Positions 12,843 through 25,939 of a stretch of 64,000 bases of DNA are shown in pieces. The stretch comes from the human T2T-CHM13v2.0 reference genome, Homo sapiens. Location of the stretch: NCBI RefSeq assembly GCF_009914755.1, contig NC_060937.1; one strand, written 5' to 3'. The position numbers and the translations under genes were made by a program. Below the pieces are notes generated by a model that saw only the letters and a list, made by a program, of their open reading frames with translations, searched no databases and was not told where the DNA came from. Position 1 is the first letter of the stretch; every line of letters begins with the position of its first letter.

Positions 12843-15800
12843 CAACCTGAGTTTCTTAAAACCTCATAAGCTTCATGGATTCAACAAAATAAGTCATGAT
12901 TATGATAATAATTTTTAGAGGTTCCCGTAAGGTAGAAACTGCTGTTATTTCAACTTCCCAAAATGCCTTGTGGGGCTCTAAGGCTATCTGTAGAATCTAG
13001 AAAGAGACATATATTCAAATTAGCTATGTCACATCAAAATTTGGAGAAGAAGTAAAAATAAAGAAATTTAAGAGATTTACTCCACCAATCTCTTGGTAAT
13101 TTTTGTGTTCATTATCAATAAGCTGTGTGCATCCTTTTAGAGTGCTACTGTTTGAGAAAAGCAACATTGAAGTTGCTGCTGATCTTGGTCATGCATTTTC
13201 AGAGCGTGCTTATCAGCAGACTTGGATGCTGTTGGGGTTCTGTTTCTCATTTGCAATTTTTCCAAGACAGGCTTTCTGTTGCCCAGGCTGGAGTGTGTAG
13301 CTGCTGTTTCTCAATAGACAAGTCCTAGAAGTAGAAATAATTCAATTTTCATTCACTCTTAGCTCTTCTGCCACTGGTGTTCCTCTTTGACCCTGACAGG
13401 GCTGCACCTGTCTTCCAGGCCTGATGTAGCACTTGTATGGTTTGCCACTTGCCAGAAGATCCACAAGACATTCTAAAAGCCTTTTGCCCAGTAGAGACCA
13501 CTCCAGTGAGCACAAATTGTCTAATGGGTTTTTTAGATGGTCTTCCTCCTTAGCTCGTTTTTCTCCCAGAACAAAGATATCAAGTTGTTGATTTAGCGGC
13601 AGCTCCGGAAGGACAATCCAGCTTGGTTGAAATCTTTTCATTATAATAGAAAATATAATAGCAACAGTAGCATCCCCTGTTACACTGAAATTAAATGACT
13701 ACTCTTTCACTGTTGGGGTGGCAAGTATAATTTCTATCACTTCTTTGGAAAGCAATACAACTTAACTAAAGATCACCAAAATGTTTATACTTTTTGGAAC
13801 CAAAAACCTCACTGAAAATAATTATTCCAAGAGTATACTTCAACAGAAAAAAAAAAACAAGTAATATACATGTGCATGTTTCTCCCTGTGAAAACAACAA
13901 CACAGAATTTATTAAACAAGTTTTGAAACACTTGGCTATGTGGTAACATGGAACAATGTTCTCCTATAACATTAAAGGATAAAAGCTTAGAGAATAGAAT
14001 ATATTCTATGACTGCAACTATGAAATAAAACATAGATCTACATAGGGACAAAGGTGATAAACATGCAAAAACAGGTGTTTGGTTCATGGATTATGTGTAT
14101 TTTTCCTGCATTCAAATTTATCTTTATTGTTGCTTTTTTATGTTCCCCCCTCCTCCCCGCAAAAAATCCTGAAGATCTTGAATATGCCCCTATCAGTATT
14201 TAACTTTTCATCTGAAACTGGGTCTAGATGACTCAATCTGCTCCAGTTTTTTGAACAAGATAAATAGCAAGGTTATTCTTTCCATTGTTTTTTTTTTCTT
14301 TCCTTAACAGCCAGACACAGGTCTTTAATTACACAGCTGGCTTCTTTGTTTGGGATACGTTACTTTCAATCATTTTCCTGATCCTCTGCATGATTTACAG
14401 AAGCTGAGTGGGAGGCTTTAGCATTTCCATGGTCCTCCTTCTCCACTACCATGAGATTCTTATGTGAATTTTTTTTAGAGCCATTATTCTCCATTTACAA
14501 AGGCACAATGCAGTGGCAGGAGCTGGGACTCTGGGAAACCAACGGCCAAGAATTCAAACTACAGCATACTATGAAATACTCAGATAAGATGTCCCCATCA
14601 TATTCTATCACTGGGCAAAGTAAAATGTAAACCACTTACTCAAAACAGAAAATATTGTGGGTGACAGTGACACTGGTATTCAGAAAGATGAAGAAATGCA
14701 ATTAAGAAACCAGGCAAAGAAGTAAACATGCCATGTAGCTTACGAAAGACCAGCCACATTGTGTGTATTTTAATATTATTTAATGGTAACACCTAATAGA
14801 GCATCATGATTGTGTGAACTAAATTTTCAGTCATAATGAATGCTACAAACTTCACCTCCCAAGTTTAAATACGCTACAACGTCTTGGGAAAAATGCAAGA
14901 AGAATTATTTGATAAATGTTTTTCTTCCAGCCTATCTTGATCAACAGCCAGCAGCAACACATTGCAGATATAATCTCAAGACCTTGTGGCATGCATTTGT
15001 CACTACATGCGTAACTTACTATGGACAGAGGATCACAGAAATTTTGAATATAATTTCCCACAAGACAGGAGATTAAATAGACCACACTGGAAGAAGGCAA
15101 GAAGCAGCTAGGTCTCTGGAGTACCAAAAAGTAAACTTCAGCCAGTTCTGGAAGCAGAAAAATAGCAGGAAATATACTTTCAGATGGGCTACTTTCTCAA
15201 TAGTTCTTGCTTGCAAGAGCTCTAGGGAAAGTATGAGTTACTGGGTAACAATGTAATAGAAAAGGGGCCAGCCTTGGGAAAAATTGCAGTGGAAGAATAC
15301 CAGTGTCTCCTCATTTACATCTTTCTTTCTCCTCTTCCTTTGTAATGCTACCTTTCTTGGGGTATTCTTTCCCCTAGAATACCCTGCCTGTCACCCCACA
15401 AGAACCTGCTCTTGAGACTGCATTTCTAATACCTATAATGAGATGTTATGTCAATGCCTTATCTCTCAGTGTGTGTATAGACACATTAAGCTTTCTCTCT
15501 ATGCTGTGTTTTCTCATGCAGGAATATCAGACATTAATGAACCAGTAAAGAGGATGCTGGGGTGCAGAAGAGCTTTCCCAGTGTCCCAGGAGCCATTCTA
15601 CACAGCATCCTACAGCATGACTATGGATCTGCTGTGCTTAGTTTCTTTACTTGTGAAAACAGAGTAATAGTAGCACCTACCTCACAGGATTGTTCTGAAG
15701 ATTAGAGGGGCTTTTTCATGGAAAGCTCTAGAGCAGTGCTGGAGACATGGTAAGTGCTCAACATGTGTTCATTATTATTATCTTTATCAATATTTGATGC

Positions 15801-15991
15801 AAAAGCCTTTCTGAAAGAAATCACACAAGAACATGATCAGTTAAAAAATACATATGAATGAAAGTATGTTTGGTGCTGTCACAACACAGAGTGGCATAAT
15901 GGTTAGGAACATAGAGTTTGGAAGTCAACCATCTGTGCTCAAAGCCTAGTGTCACCACATGGCCATTGTGGGACACTGGGCCTCAGATTTC

Positions 15992-16914
15992 TGTGGGGAA
16001 AAGAAAGAGAGATCAGATTGTTACTGTGTCTGTGTAGAAAGAAGTAGACATAGGAGACTCCATTTTGTTCTGTACTAAGAAAAACTCTTCTGCCTTGAGA
16101 TGCTGTTAATCTGTAACCTTACCCCAACCCCATGCTCTCTGAAACATGTGCTGTCAACTCAGGGTTAAATGGATTAAGGGCGGTGCAAGATGTGCTTTGT
16201 TAAACAGATGCTTGAAGGCAGCATGCTCCTTAAGAGTCATCACCACTCCCTAATCTCAAGTACCCAGGGACACAAACACTGCGGAAGGCCACAGGGACCT
16301 CTGCCTAGGAAAGCCAGGTATTGTCCAAGGTTTCTCCTATGTGATAGTCTGAAATATGGCCTCGTGGGAAGGGAAAGACCCGACTGTCCCCCAGCCCGAC
16401 ACCCATAAAGGGTGCCTCTTTGCAGTTGAGACAAGAGGAAGGCATCTGTCTCCTGCCCGTCCCTGGGCAATGGAATATCTTGGTATAAAACCTGATTGTA
16501 TGTTCCATCTACTGAGATAGGGGAAAACCGCCTTAGGGCTGGAGGTGGGACATGCGGGCAACAATACTGCTCTGTAAGGCATTGAGATGTTTATGTGTAT
16601 GCATATCTAAAGCACAGCACTTAATTCTTTACCTTTTCTATGATGCAGAGACCTTTGTTCACATGTTTATCTGCTGACCTTCTCTCCACTATTATCCTGT
16701 GACCCTGCCACAACCCCCTCTCTGAGAAACACCCAAGAATGATCAATAAATACTAAGAGAGCTCAGAGGCTGGCAGGATCCTCCCTATGCTGAACGCTGG
16801 TCCCCTGGGCCCCCTTATTTCTTTCTCTATACATTGTGTCTTTTTCTTTTCCAAGTCTCTCATTCCACCTAACAAGAAACACCCACAGGTGTGGAGGGGC
16901 AACCCACCCCTTCA
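15992..16914 (+). mobile_element. Solo LTR5 (HERV-K HML-2; LTR5_Hs/LTR5B-like) inserted into a MIR
   Basis: Starts TGTGGGGAAAAGAAAGAGAGATCAG and ends GGGGCAACCCACCCCTTCA; perfect 6-bp TSD GATTTC (15986-15991 and 16915-16920); TATAAAA at 16484 and AATAAA at 16745. Confidence 0.95.
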
Positions 16915-18513
16915 GATTTCTAGCCTGAAAAATGGAGGAACAATGTCTGTCATATAAAGTTGCTGTAAAGATAAAACCAGCTAAGAAATGTAAAATACTC
17001 AACAGTGCCTGACACAAAATAAACACCCAATTAATGGTAGCAGCAAGAAAAGAGCTCTCTTCAACCAACATCTTACCTTCAGAAATTGGTTAAGAAGAAA
17101 TGAGTGCTTGGGAACCTTCCTGTTAGAGCTGGGAACACAAATAACCCCAAGATATGACCCAACTGGGAAATGAAGCACCAGAGTCAGCAGGTCTCAGGAC
17201 TCGAGAACATGTTATAGATCTGGGGCCAAAGGGACTTCCCAATACCCCAGTCCTGAATTAGCCAGATGTGCCTTTCAGTCCTTGGCTGAGCTGGACTGAG
17301 GCCTCCTCCAAAGGGAGAAATAAATGTGCATCCTGAAGAGAGCTGACTCTGAAAGACAGAGAAACCCACAGAGGCTGAGTTTCACCAGCACTACTTCCAA
17401 GTACATTTCTCAGGTAAGTCATTTCTCTTCCCAAGGGGAGGATTGAATGAGTTTATGGTGAGAGGCTGAAAGCTTTTCTCCTTTATTTTCCCTCATGGGA
17501 GAGGAGTGGAAGTGCTATGTTCTCTGTGGGAACCTGCAGACTATGGATGTTTCCTCCAACAGTTGGCATTGACTGATTTATCTGCATGTCTCTCTATCCA
17601 CATCTTCCATATGAAGAATCTAAGTGGGAATAGCCTCCAAAGTAATCTGATAGTACCAAAGCACTATTTTAGTTTTGTATAATTTTTAAGTCTCTTCTTT
17701 AAATTTTTTTTGGCAGACTCCATCCCAGACACAGCATACCAGAGTCTCCAAAGGGCTAAGCTCAGGAATCTATTCTGAAGCTCCCAACAGGAGTCTTATA
17801 TAGCCAGGCAGGCAATGATCATATTTGGGGACCATTAGAAATAACCTAATGCATATCCTCTGAACTTCAAATTTTTAGTATTCTCGTTTTCTGCTCAGTA
17901 AGCTCAATTTCAATGCAGTTCACAGTTTCTCATATCCACCATGGCATTCTGCCAAGGAACTACAACTTGTATTCTCTAAACCCATCTGTTCTAAGAATGC
18001 TGGGCTGCTTATCAACTTCTAATGTACCTTGCTTAAACTTTCCTCTCTCGATGTGTCCCTGACTGAACTTCAGAAGACAGAACAACTGTACTAACCATCT
18101 CTTTCTGAATATCCCATGTCTCCACAGAGGCCACGGTGTCTTCACAAAGCTAACTGCCATGATTTTCGCAGGTGATATTGTCCCTTCATGATTTTCCATT
18201 TTCTACTTGAGCATTAAAATATCAGGAAGAAAAAGAAGATAACCATATAGCAGTTGGTAAAATAAGATATCTGCCCCAGCACAGTCCATACTAAGTATTC
18301 AGAATTTACAGTTATATTAGATAACTTTAAATTAGATAACTATTAACATAGTTATATTAGATAAGTAATATTTTTCTCATCTTCAAGAACTAAAAAATTA
18401 ACTGTTTTAAGTGATATTTGAAAAAGGAAGATACATCAACCCAATAAAAACCACATTTTCTATAGCTGGATGTAACAATCTTAATCCAAATCATTCACCA
18501 AAGTTGTTTAACT

Positions 18514-19396
18514 TTCTTTTTTTTTTATTATACTTTAACTTTTAGGGTACATGTGCACAATGTGCAGGTTAGTTACATATATATACATGTGCCATGCTGG
18601 TGTGCTGCACCCATTAACTCGTCATTTACATTAGGTATATCTCCTAATGCTAACCCTCCCCCCTCACCCCACCCCACAACAGTCCCCAGAGTGTGATGTT
18701 CCCCTTCCGGTGTCCATGTGTTCTCATTGTTCAATTCCCATCTATGAGTGAGAACATGCAGTGTTTGGTTTTTTGTCCTTGCGATAGTTTACTGAGAATG
18801 ATGATTTCCAATTTCATCCATGTCCCTACAAAGGACATGAACTCATCATTTTTTATGGCTGCATAGTATTCCATGGTGTATTTGTGCCACATTTTCTTAA
18901 TCCAGTCTATCATTGTTGGACATTTGGGTTGGTTCCAAGTCTTTGCTATTGTGAATAGTGCCGCAATAAACATACGTGTGCATGTGTCTTTATAGCAGCA
19001 TGATTTATAGTCCTTTGGGTATATACCCAGTAATGGGATGGCTGTGTCAAATGGTATTTCTAGTTCTAGATCCCTGAGGAATTGCCACACTGACTTCCAC
19101 AATGGTTGAACTAGTTTACAGTCCTACCAACAGTGTAAAAGTGTTCCTATTTCTCCACATCCTCTCCAGCACCTGTTGTTTCCTGACTTTTTAATGATTG
19201 CCATTCTAACTGGTGTGAGATGGTATCTCATTGTGGTTTTGATTTGCATTTCTCTGATGGCCAGTGATGGTGAGCATTTTTTCATGTGTTTTTTGGCTGC
19301 ATAAATGTCTTCTTTTAAGACATGTCTGTTCATATCCTTTGCCCACTTTTTGATGGGGTTGTTTGTTTTTTTCTTGTAAATTTGTTTGAGTTCATT
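18514..19396 (-). mobile_element. 5'-truncated L1PA (about PA3/PA4): ORF2 C-terminus plus 3'UTR
   Basis: Poly-T, L1PA 3'UTR, ORF2 peptides ([24 protein letters not shown]...; WNQPKCPTMIDWIKKMW) with an internal stop; TSD aact(t/g)tctt. Confidence 0.95.
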
Positions 19397-20408
19397 AACT
19401 GTCTTAAAGTAAGGCTCTAGACATTTGCTTCTTTACAAGTATCTTGCAAAGCCATTATGAGGTAGAAGAAAAGTTTAAATGCACCACATTTTTCTACTCC
19501 ATGGTAACTAAAATTACTACTCACAGGATGTGTATAGCTTCTGAATTTTGGTCCATCACATTTTCCACCATCAAATGAGTATACTCTTAAGGTTCTCACT
19601 TTATCATCAGCATAATATATTTTGCTTCCAGAATGCCCAGTAAAGCTGAAATTTTTCATTTAAAGTGATAAAAAAATTCCCCAAATATCTACTTAACAAT
19701 CTTAGATCTGAGTTTTGGCAAGACAGTTTAATGCATACACAATGAAAACACTACATTTGTCACTCTCTCTCACACATGCACAGATTAAAACCCCAAAGTT
19801 TTCACTGTATTTCCTCTTTCTTATACAGCTCAATTTTTAACATGCAGCTTACTTATAATCTAAAAACAATTTTAAACATGATTGTGATAAAATATTTTAA
19901 AACAGAGATGAAATGTATAAAGGCAGACATAGATCATCCATGGTTACATCCGTTACATTTCTTTAGAAACAGAACTGTTTCTTCTCCTGTAAACAGACTT
20001 TTTTTTCACACATTTAAAGCGAGGTCAGTGCTGACTTTAAGAAAGTTAAAGTTTGCACTGTGCTTGAGATACATTTTCTTCATCTGCACAGCCCCAGCAC
20101 TCTTACTTGAGAGTATGAGTCAGCAGAAGTTTGCAGGCTAAAACCATTCAATAATATTTTCACCAATACTGGAATGGTAGTAAGTAACATTACAAAACAT
20201 CAGAGGCCAAAAATGTTTCTTTGTTGGAGCCCAAGATTTTAATTTATTCTTCATTACCTGAAAATACTGCTCATTTAACCTCTTTGGGAAAAAAAATATT
20301 CTGGAGATGAATAATTCCTTCATTAATGCTTCACCCAAGATGATTCCTTCACACTTATCCTCCAATGCTTTGTTGTTTTCATCCATTTGATGTAGCAGGC
20401 ACCAAGAA

Positions 20409-21637
20409 TCACCTTTCCTTTGGTGATCCAGCATAATGATCTCTTATGCTTTTTGTTAGTTGTTTGACAAATATTTTGTAAATTTTTCCACGGTATGTAT
20501 GCACTGCTTTTTGTAGTTCCAGTTCTAAAGGTTTTATTAGGGAATGAATGTTGTCATCTTAAAAGAACAATTTCTCAGTGCTTCATAAACAACTCTAAAT
20601 GCTGGTTGCTTATCATCATGGTAAACACCTCTGTTCCCTGAAGAATCAAGATTCCTTCTTCTGCTTCTTGGCAACTGCTTCCATATAGACAATGATCTGG
20701 ATGATAATTCCATTGACACGGAAAGGCAAAAAGACTTTCTGGATTATGAAAAAACATGATATCCAACAAATCTTGATTGCCCATGTAAATCTTGATTGTC
20801 CATGTAATGTTTAGTTTGTATTCTTTAAGCCATGTCATAAGTATATCTCCTCATTGTAGTCACACAGTTTGTCATATCATTCTTGAAATACTTCCTTCTC
20901 ATTTGAGTCATATTCGTCAACATAACTCCAGGGTTTACTCCAGTTTTTCCACAGTATGGTTGCCTAGCAAAGCGACTATACCATCTTATTTGAGGTTCCT
21001 TGTGTTCTGAGGCCACTGGAGCAATTTATGTGGAATTAAATTTCTTTAGTAAAGAACAAATATGATCAACTGGTCGTAAAAAAGGCTATTAGTGTGGGAG
21101 TCAACTTCTTTCAGGAATAACGGCAAGAACAATCTCTGCGGACCACATGGTTTAAAGAGTTTTTCCATGCTGATGCATTCTCACTTGGAAAGGTTATGGG
21201 GTATATTGTATAATTAAATATTTGCAGAAATGACCCCTGTCACGTCTTCCTTTACAGCTATGATGTAGCTGATCTTCAGCAAAAACCTGGCATTGAAGAG
21301 CTTTGATCCTGAAAATGATAGCTGACTTCAACATGGTCATAGTTTCTTCCAGTCTTTCACCACAGGCAACTACAGCTAGATGCATTTTCTCAACAGGCTG
21401 TATTTTCAGACGACACCTGTCCCACCCACCAGGATGCACAGCGGGACCAGCGCTGCCCGCGCCTCTCACGGCACCGCATCCGCCTCCTGCCAGCCAGGAA
21501 GCCACTGAGGCCTGCTGCTTCCCGCCACCACCGCCTGCTGCTTCCTCCAGGGACATGGGGAGCTGGCTGAAGGCGTAAAGGAGCGAGCAGAAGCCGCAGG
21601 CCAGACACAGCGCCACCACGTGCGGGTAGCGCCGCAT
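20409..21637 (-). pseudogene. GXYLT1: GXYLT1 (glucoside xylosyltransferase 1) processed pseudogene, CDS-homologous part; probable 3'UTR continues toward ~18.2 kb
   Basis: Intronless homology from MRRYPHVVALCLACGFCSLLYAFSQL through [68 protein letters not shown] and [15 protein letters not shown] to the terminal TGA at 20409-20411; multiple frameshifts. Confidence 0.93.
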
Positions 21638-22039
21638 CGCCCCAGCCGTGTTCCTTGGTCTCCGTCTCCGCCGCGCCTGCCTGGTGAACTGGAGCACAGG
21701 GACCATAGTTCTGGAAATTTATCCTTTTTCTCTCCATGGATTCAGCAGCAGTGTCTAAAAGAAAAAAATTCATCAATCAATCATTTATGTATATTTTAAT
21801 ATAAAGATAAAACAACTGCGAACCAGTGGAACTGGATAGAAAGTAATTCAATTTTACAGAACACATCTGTTTTTCAGGCTCTTTTATTAAATATAAAAGA
21901 GCCATATATATTTCTGTGGAACTCCCCCTTTTACTTAAGAATTCATTATCAGCGAATTAGTTTAAGGAGGCTGTTTTGTTAGAGGCTGTGGTTGCATTCA
22001 AAAATTAGAATAGGAACAATGACTTGTAAAAGTTCAACA

Positions 22040-22335
22040 TTTTATTTTATTTTTGAGATGGAGTCTCGCTCTGTCGCCCAGGCTGTAGTGCAGTGGCGCG
22101 ATCTCGGCTCACTGCAACCTCAGCCTCCCGGGTTTAAGGAATTCTCTGCTTCAGCCTCCTGAATAGCTGGGATTACAGGCGCATGCCACCAAGCCCAGCT
22201 AATTTTTTTGTAATTTTAGTAGAGACGAAGTTTCACCACCTTGGCCAGGCTGGTCTTGAGCTCCTGACCTCGTGATCAGCCCACCTCCGCCTTCAAAAGT
22301 GCTGGGATTATAGGCGTGAGCCGCCGCGCCCGGCC
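22040..22335 (-). mobile_element. AluS (Sc/Sg-like)
   Basis: Reverse dimeric Alu ending gcgcccggcc; retains many CpGs. Confidence 0.88.
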
Positions 22336-22457
22336 GGAAGTTCTTTCTTCTTAAAAGGATTATAAATGTAATTCCCACTGGCATGACACTTTTACTAATA
22401 TAGGTTGACTTTTTGCTTCAAATAACCCATTCGTACATCTAAATTAATTTCGCTCAG

Positions 22458-22512
22458 TATGTGTGTGTGCATGTGTGTGTGTGGATGTGTGTGTGTGTGG
22501 ATGTGTGGATGT
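22458..22512. repeat. Imperfect (GT)n microsatellite
   Basis: gtgt runs interrupted by gcat/ggat. Confidence 0.85.
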
Positions 22513-22653
22513 AAATCACAGTAAAGGGTAAAGGGAAGGTGGAAAAAAGGGAGATGGTCTAACATTTTTCACACATTTTTTAAATACACAAAAGATATGT
22601 AGTAAAAACAATGGTGTGGTGAAAACAAAATCTTGCAAACTAGAAAAAAGACA

Positions 22654-23439
22654 GTCCCCGGTCCCGTGTGGTCCCGTCCCGCCGCGGGGCCAGCCAGCTG
22701 TAAGCTCCACGCAGTTCAACAAGGGCCCCTCCTACAGGCTCTTGGCGGACGTCCAGAACCGGCTCCTGTCCATATATGACTCGCAGAAGGAGGTAGAGCT
22801 CCGCAGCTGGATCTAGGGACTCACCGGCCTCTCCATCGGCCCAGTGAGTCCCGACTTCCAGAAGGGCCTGAAGGACGGGATTATCTTATGCACACTCATG
22901 AACAAACTGCAGCCGGGCTCAGTCCCCAAAATCAACCGCTTCAGCAGAACTGGTACCAGCTAGAAACCCTCTCCAACCTCCTCAAGTCCATGGTCAGCTA
23001 CAGCATGAACCCCGTGGACCTATTTGAGACTAACGACCTGTTTTAGAGTGGGAACGTGAGGCAGGTGCAGGTGTCTCTTCTCGCCCTGGCAGGGAAGGCC
23101 AAGACTAAGGGGCTGCAGAGCGAGGTGGACATCCGTGAGGAGTACTCAGAGAAGCAGGAGGGGAACTTCGACGACGCCACCATGAAGGCTGGCCAGTGCG
23201 TCATCGGGCTGCAGATTACCAACAAACGCGCCAGCCAGTCAGGCACGACTGTGTACGGCAGAGCACGAGGAGGCATCTCTACGATCCCAAGAACAACATC
23301 CTGCCCCCCATGGACCACTCGACCATCAGCCTCCAGATGGGTACAAGCAAGTGCGCCAGCCAGGTGGGCATGGCGGCTCCCGGGACCCGGTGGCACATCT
23401 ACGACACGAAGCTGGGAATCACAAGTATGACAACTCTTC
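22654..23439 (+). pseudogene. CNN2: CNN2 (calponin 2) processed pseudogene, 3'-truncated
   Basis: Intronless SSTQFNKGPSY...NRLLS.YD.QKE.ELR.WI, QVQVSLLALAGKAKTKGLQS and RRHLYDPKNNILPPMDHSTISLQMGT; start codon replaced by GTA (22700), TAG at 22814, frameshifts; homology stops at DNSS. Confidence 0.93.
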
Positions 23440-25644
23440 AGATATATTCAGATATATTTTTTCTTGCCTTCTGGACTTTGGTCTTCTTATTCATATGCTT
23501 TTCCCACTACCATCCCAGATTTGTATAATTAGCTCTTACTTTTATTTTAGTTTGCTCTTCATCTTCCCCACCAAGGGAAGCCTTACCTGATATCCCTAAA
23601 TATGAAAGGCTTTCATAGCAGTGCATAGCTTTTCTCTGTTACTTATAATATTGTTTTTAAATTTTTATATTTTTATTACTATTAATAATAAATCTGAGCA
23701 TGCTCTTTGATAAGAAGTCTAATAAAGTTTTGATGCAATTTGTAATTCAGTACATAATTGTTTTCTATAAGCCATGATTCTAGAGATTGAGGGGAAAATG
23801 CAGCAGTAATCTCTCCCAAGTGGAAGGACAAATAGCCAAGCAATATTGACCTACCCATTCATCTCTCAAAAACAGGGTTAAGTAATATTGATTCTCCTGT
23901 TTTCAGGATGAAGAAGGGACAGGGAGTTTCTTGCTTGTTATTTTCTCAACTCACTCTTTTTATGGAAAAAGTAATTAATCTGATAAATGACACAGAAGAT
24001 TTTGATGTTTATTAGCAAGGTGGTGATTCCAAGAAGTTGAATTAAAAAGGCTTCAGAGCCTGTCTCTCTCAATCACTATCTTTGGGCTCTTGAGGCTGCT
24101 TGTGCACAAAATAGGAAGCACTTGTGTAAGAGCTGCATAGGCAGGCTCAGTCCAGCTACTGGTTTCATAAATCCAACTTTTCCAAGCATGACAGAATGTC
24201 AGAATCCCATGAGCCAAAAGTTTTATGATGAGAGAGAAAGAATGATATTTTGCTCCCCAATCTAATTTTCAAATTAAATTTTAAACAAAGTTAATAAAGT
24301 TAAATAAATTTAACAAAGCTGAATATACACACACATGCATACACCCATGCACATGCACACAAGCTTCTTGCATTCATTTTTTTAATTGTTTAATCATTCA
24401 TGAGAAACGGTTTGATTTTGTATTTTCTATCTACCAATACTTGCACAAGCTCTGGTTGCAAAACTTCTGTTGGTCAAACATTAGCATTTGGGGAACATGT
24501 CCCTGCTGAGAGATAGATCTTGATACAGCCTTAACTACATCATCAGTAGACATGGGACTGTTTTTAACTAGAGGGAGGCAAATGGCTTTCAGATGGTTGT
24601 GTAGCTGGTTTTAACAGTAGCCTGCAGTGGCTTTTTGACAGACATGAACCTTACTAGTTATTATTAGGCTTCAGAGCATTAGTATGAGGTTTTAATTTGC
24701 TTATGTTAGGCATGAGAAGGTAGCACTATCCTAGATGCCCTAAAAATTGTTCCTTGTCACTTTTTTCCGACTGAATTCAGAGGTAATTTGGGGACTGTGT
24801 CTAAAATGGTCTTATATTCATGTGCCATAGGTTTCTGAAGCTTCCATTCTGAACATGGTCTCAAGTTGGCTCTTGAGGGCTAATTTCATTACACATGATC
24901 ATAGGCATAAATTTAAATGTATGGGGGATTGTTTTGTACATCCCACAGAATCTGGATTTACTATGAAGAGACTGTAGAGTTTATCAAAAAGAAGATAAAC
25001 AGGAATAAAAGTTCTTGCTGTCTAGGGAATATATCATCTTCTTTGGGTAATGCCTATTAATGCTCCTCAAAATAGCTAGAGCATTCAAGGTTTGTAACCA
25101 GTTCACAATGACAGAAGTAGCTTCTACTAGAAATTAAATATATTAGTTCTTTCATTGAGTAACTATTGCTACAAGAATATATTTGCTGAATGAACTAGCA
25201 TGCTTATTGACATAATTGATTTGCATACCATGGCAACACTTCATGGACCAAACCCTAAGTCCCATGAAAAATTGAATAGAATTATTTGACAGTTAAGTAT
25301 CATTGGAAAAGCCTGGCTCTAGCAATTGCTCCTGCCATACTGAGAAGACATCGGATGAACTTAAACATTTTTATTTTTGTTTAAAGCCATCAAAACACTA
25401 TGGGCCTAAAGTTACAATGAACTAAATTTCAGAGAAAAATAAGCCTTTCCTAGGTGATCACAGATTAGCAGCAGAGCCCATCTCTGAGGACATTTGCTGG
25501 ATGTGGGGCCTTGAGTAGGTAGAAGGACTAGCCTACAATGTAGAAACACCTGGAACATTGGGAATAAGCAAAATAATCTACAGGGAACTGCAATAAGGGC
25601 TGAAAACTAGAAAGATCATGTAGTCTCCTAGCTCTTACTTATTT

Positions 25645-25939
25645 TCACTTAAGAGACAGGGTCTCATTCTGTCACCCAGGCTATGGTGCAGTAGACTGAT
25701 CATGGCTCACTGCAGCCTCAAACTCCTCCCTCAGGTGATCCTCCTGCCTCAGCCTCTCCAGTAGATAGAACTACAGGTGCACAGCATCATGCCTGGCTAA
25801 TTTTTATTTTTTGTGTGTGGACACAAAAACCCACTACGTTGCCCAGGCTGGCCTAGAACTCTTGGCCTCAAGTGTTCTTCCTGCCTTGCCCCCCACCCTC
25901 AAGCACTGCTGTTACAGGTGTGAGTCACCACATCTGGCC
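25645..25939 (-). mobile_element. AluJ
   Basis: Diverged reverse Alu with J-type motifs (gatcatggctcactgcagcctc, gttgcccaggctgg). Confidence 0.85.

Noticed and set aside
18731-19333. ORFs with clear protein-like content
   Set aside because: These are L1 ORF2 C-terminal remnants of a truncated element with an internal stop.
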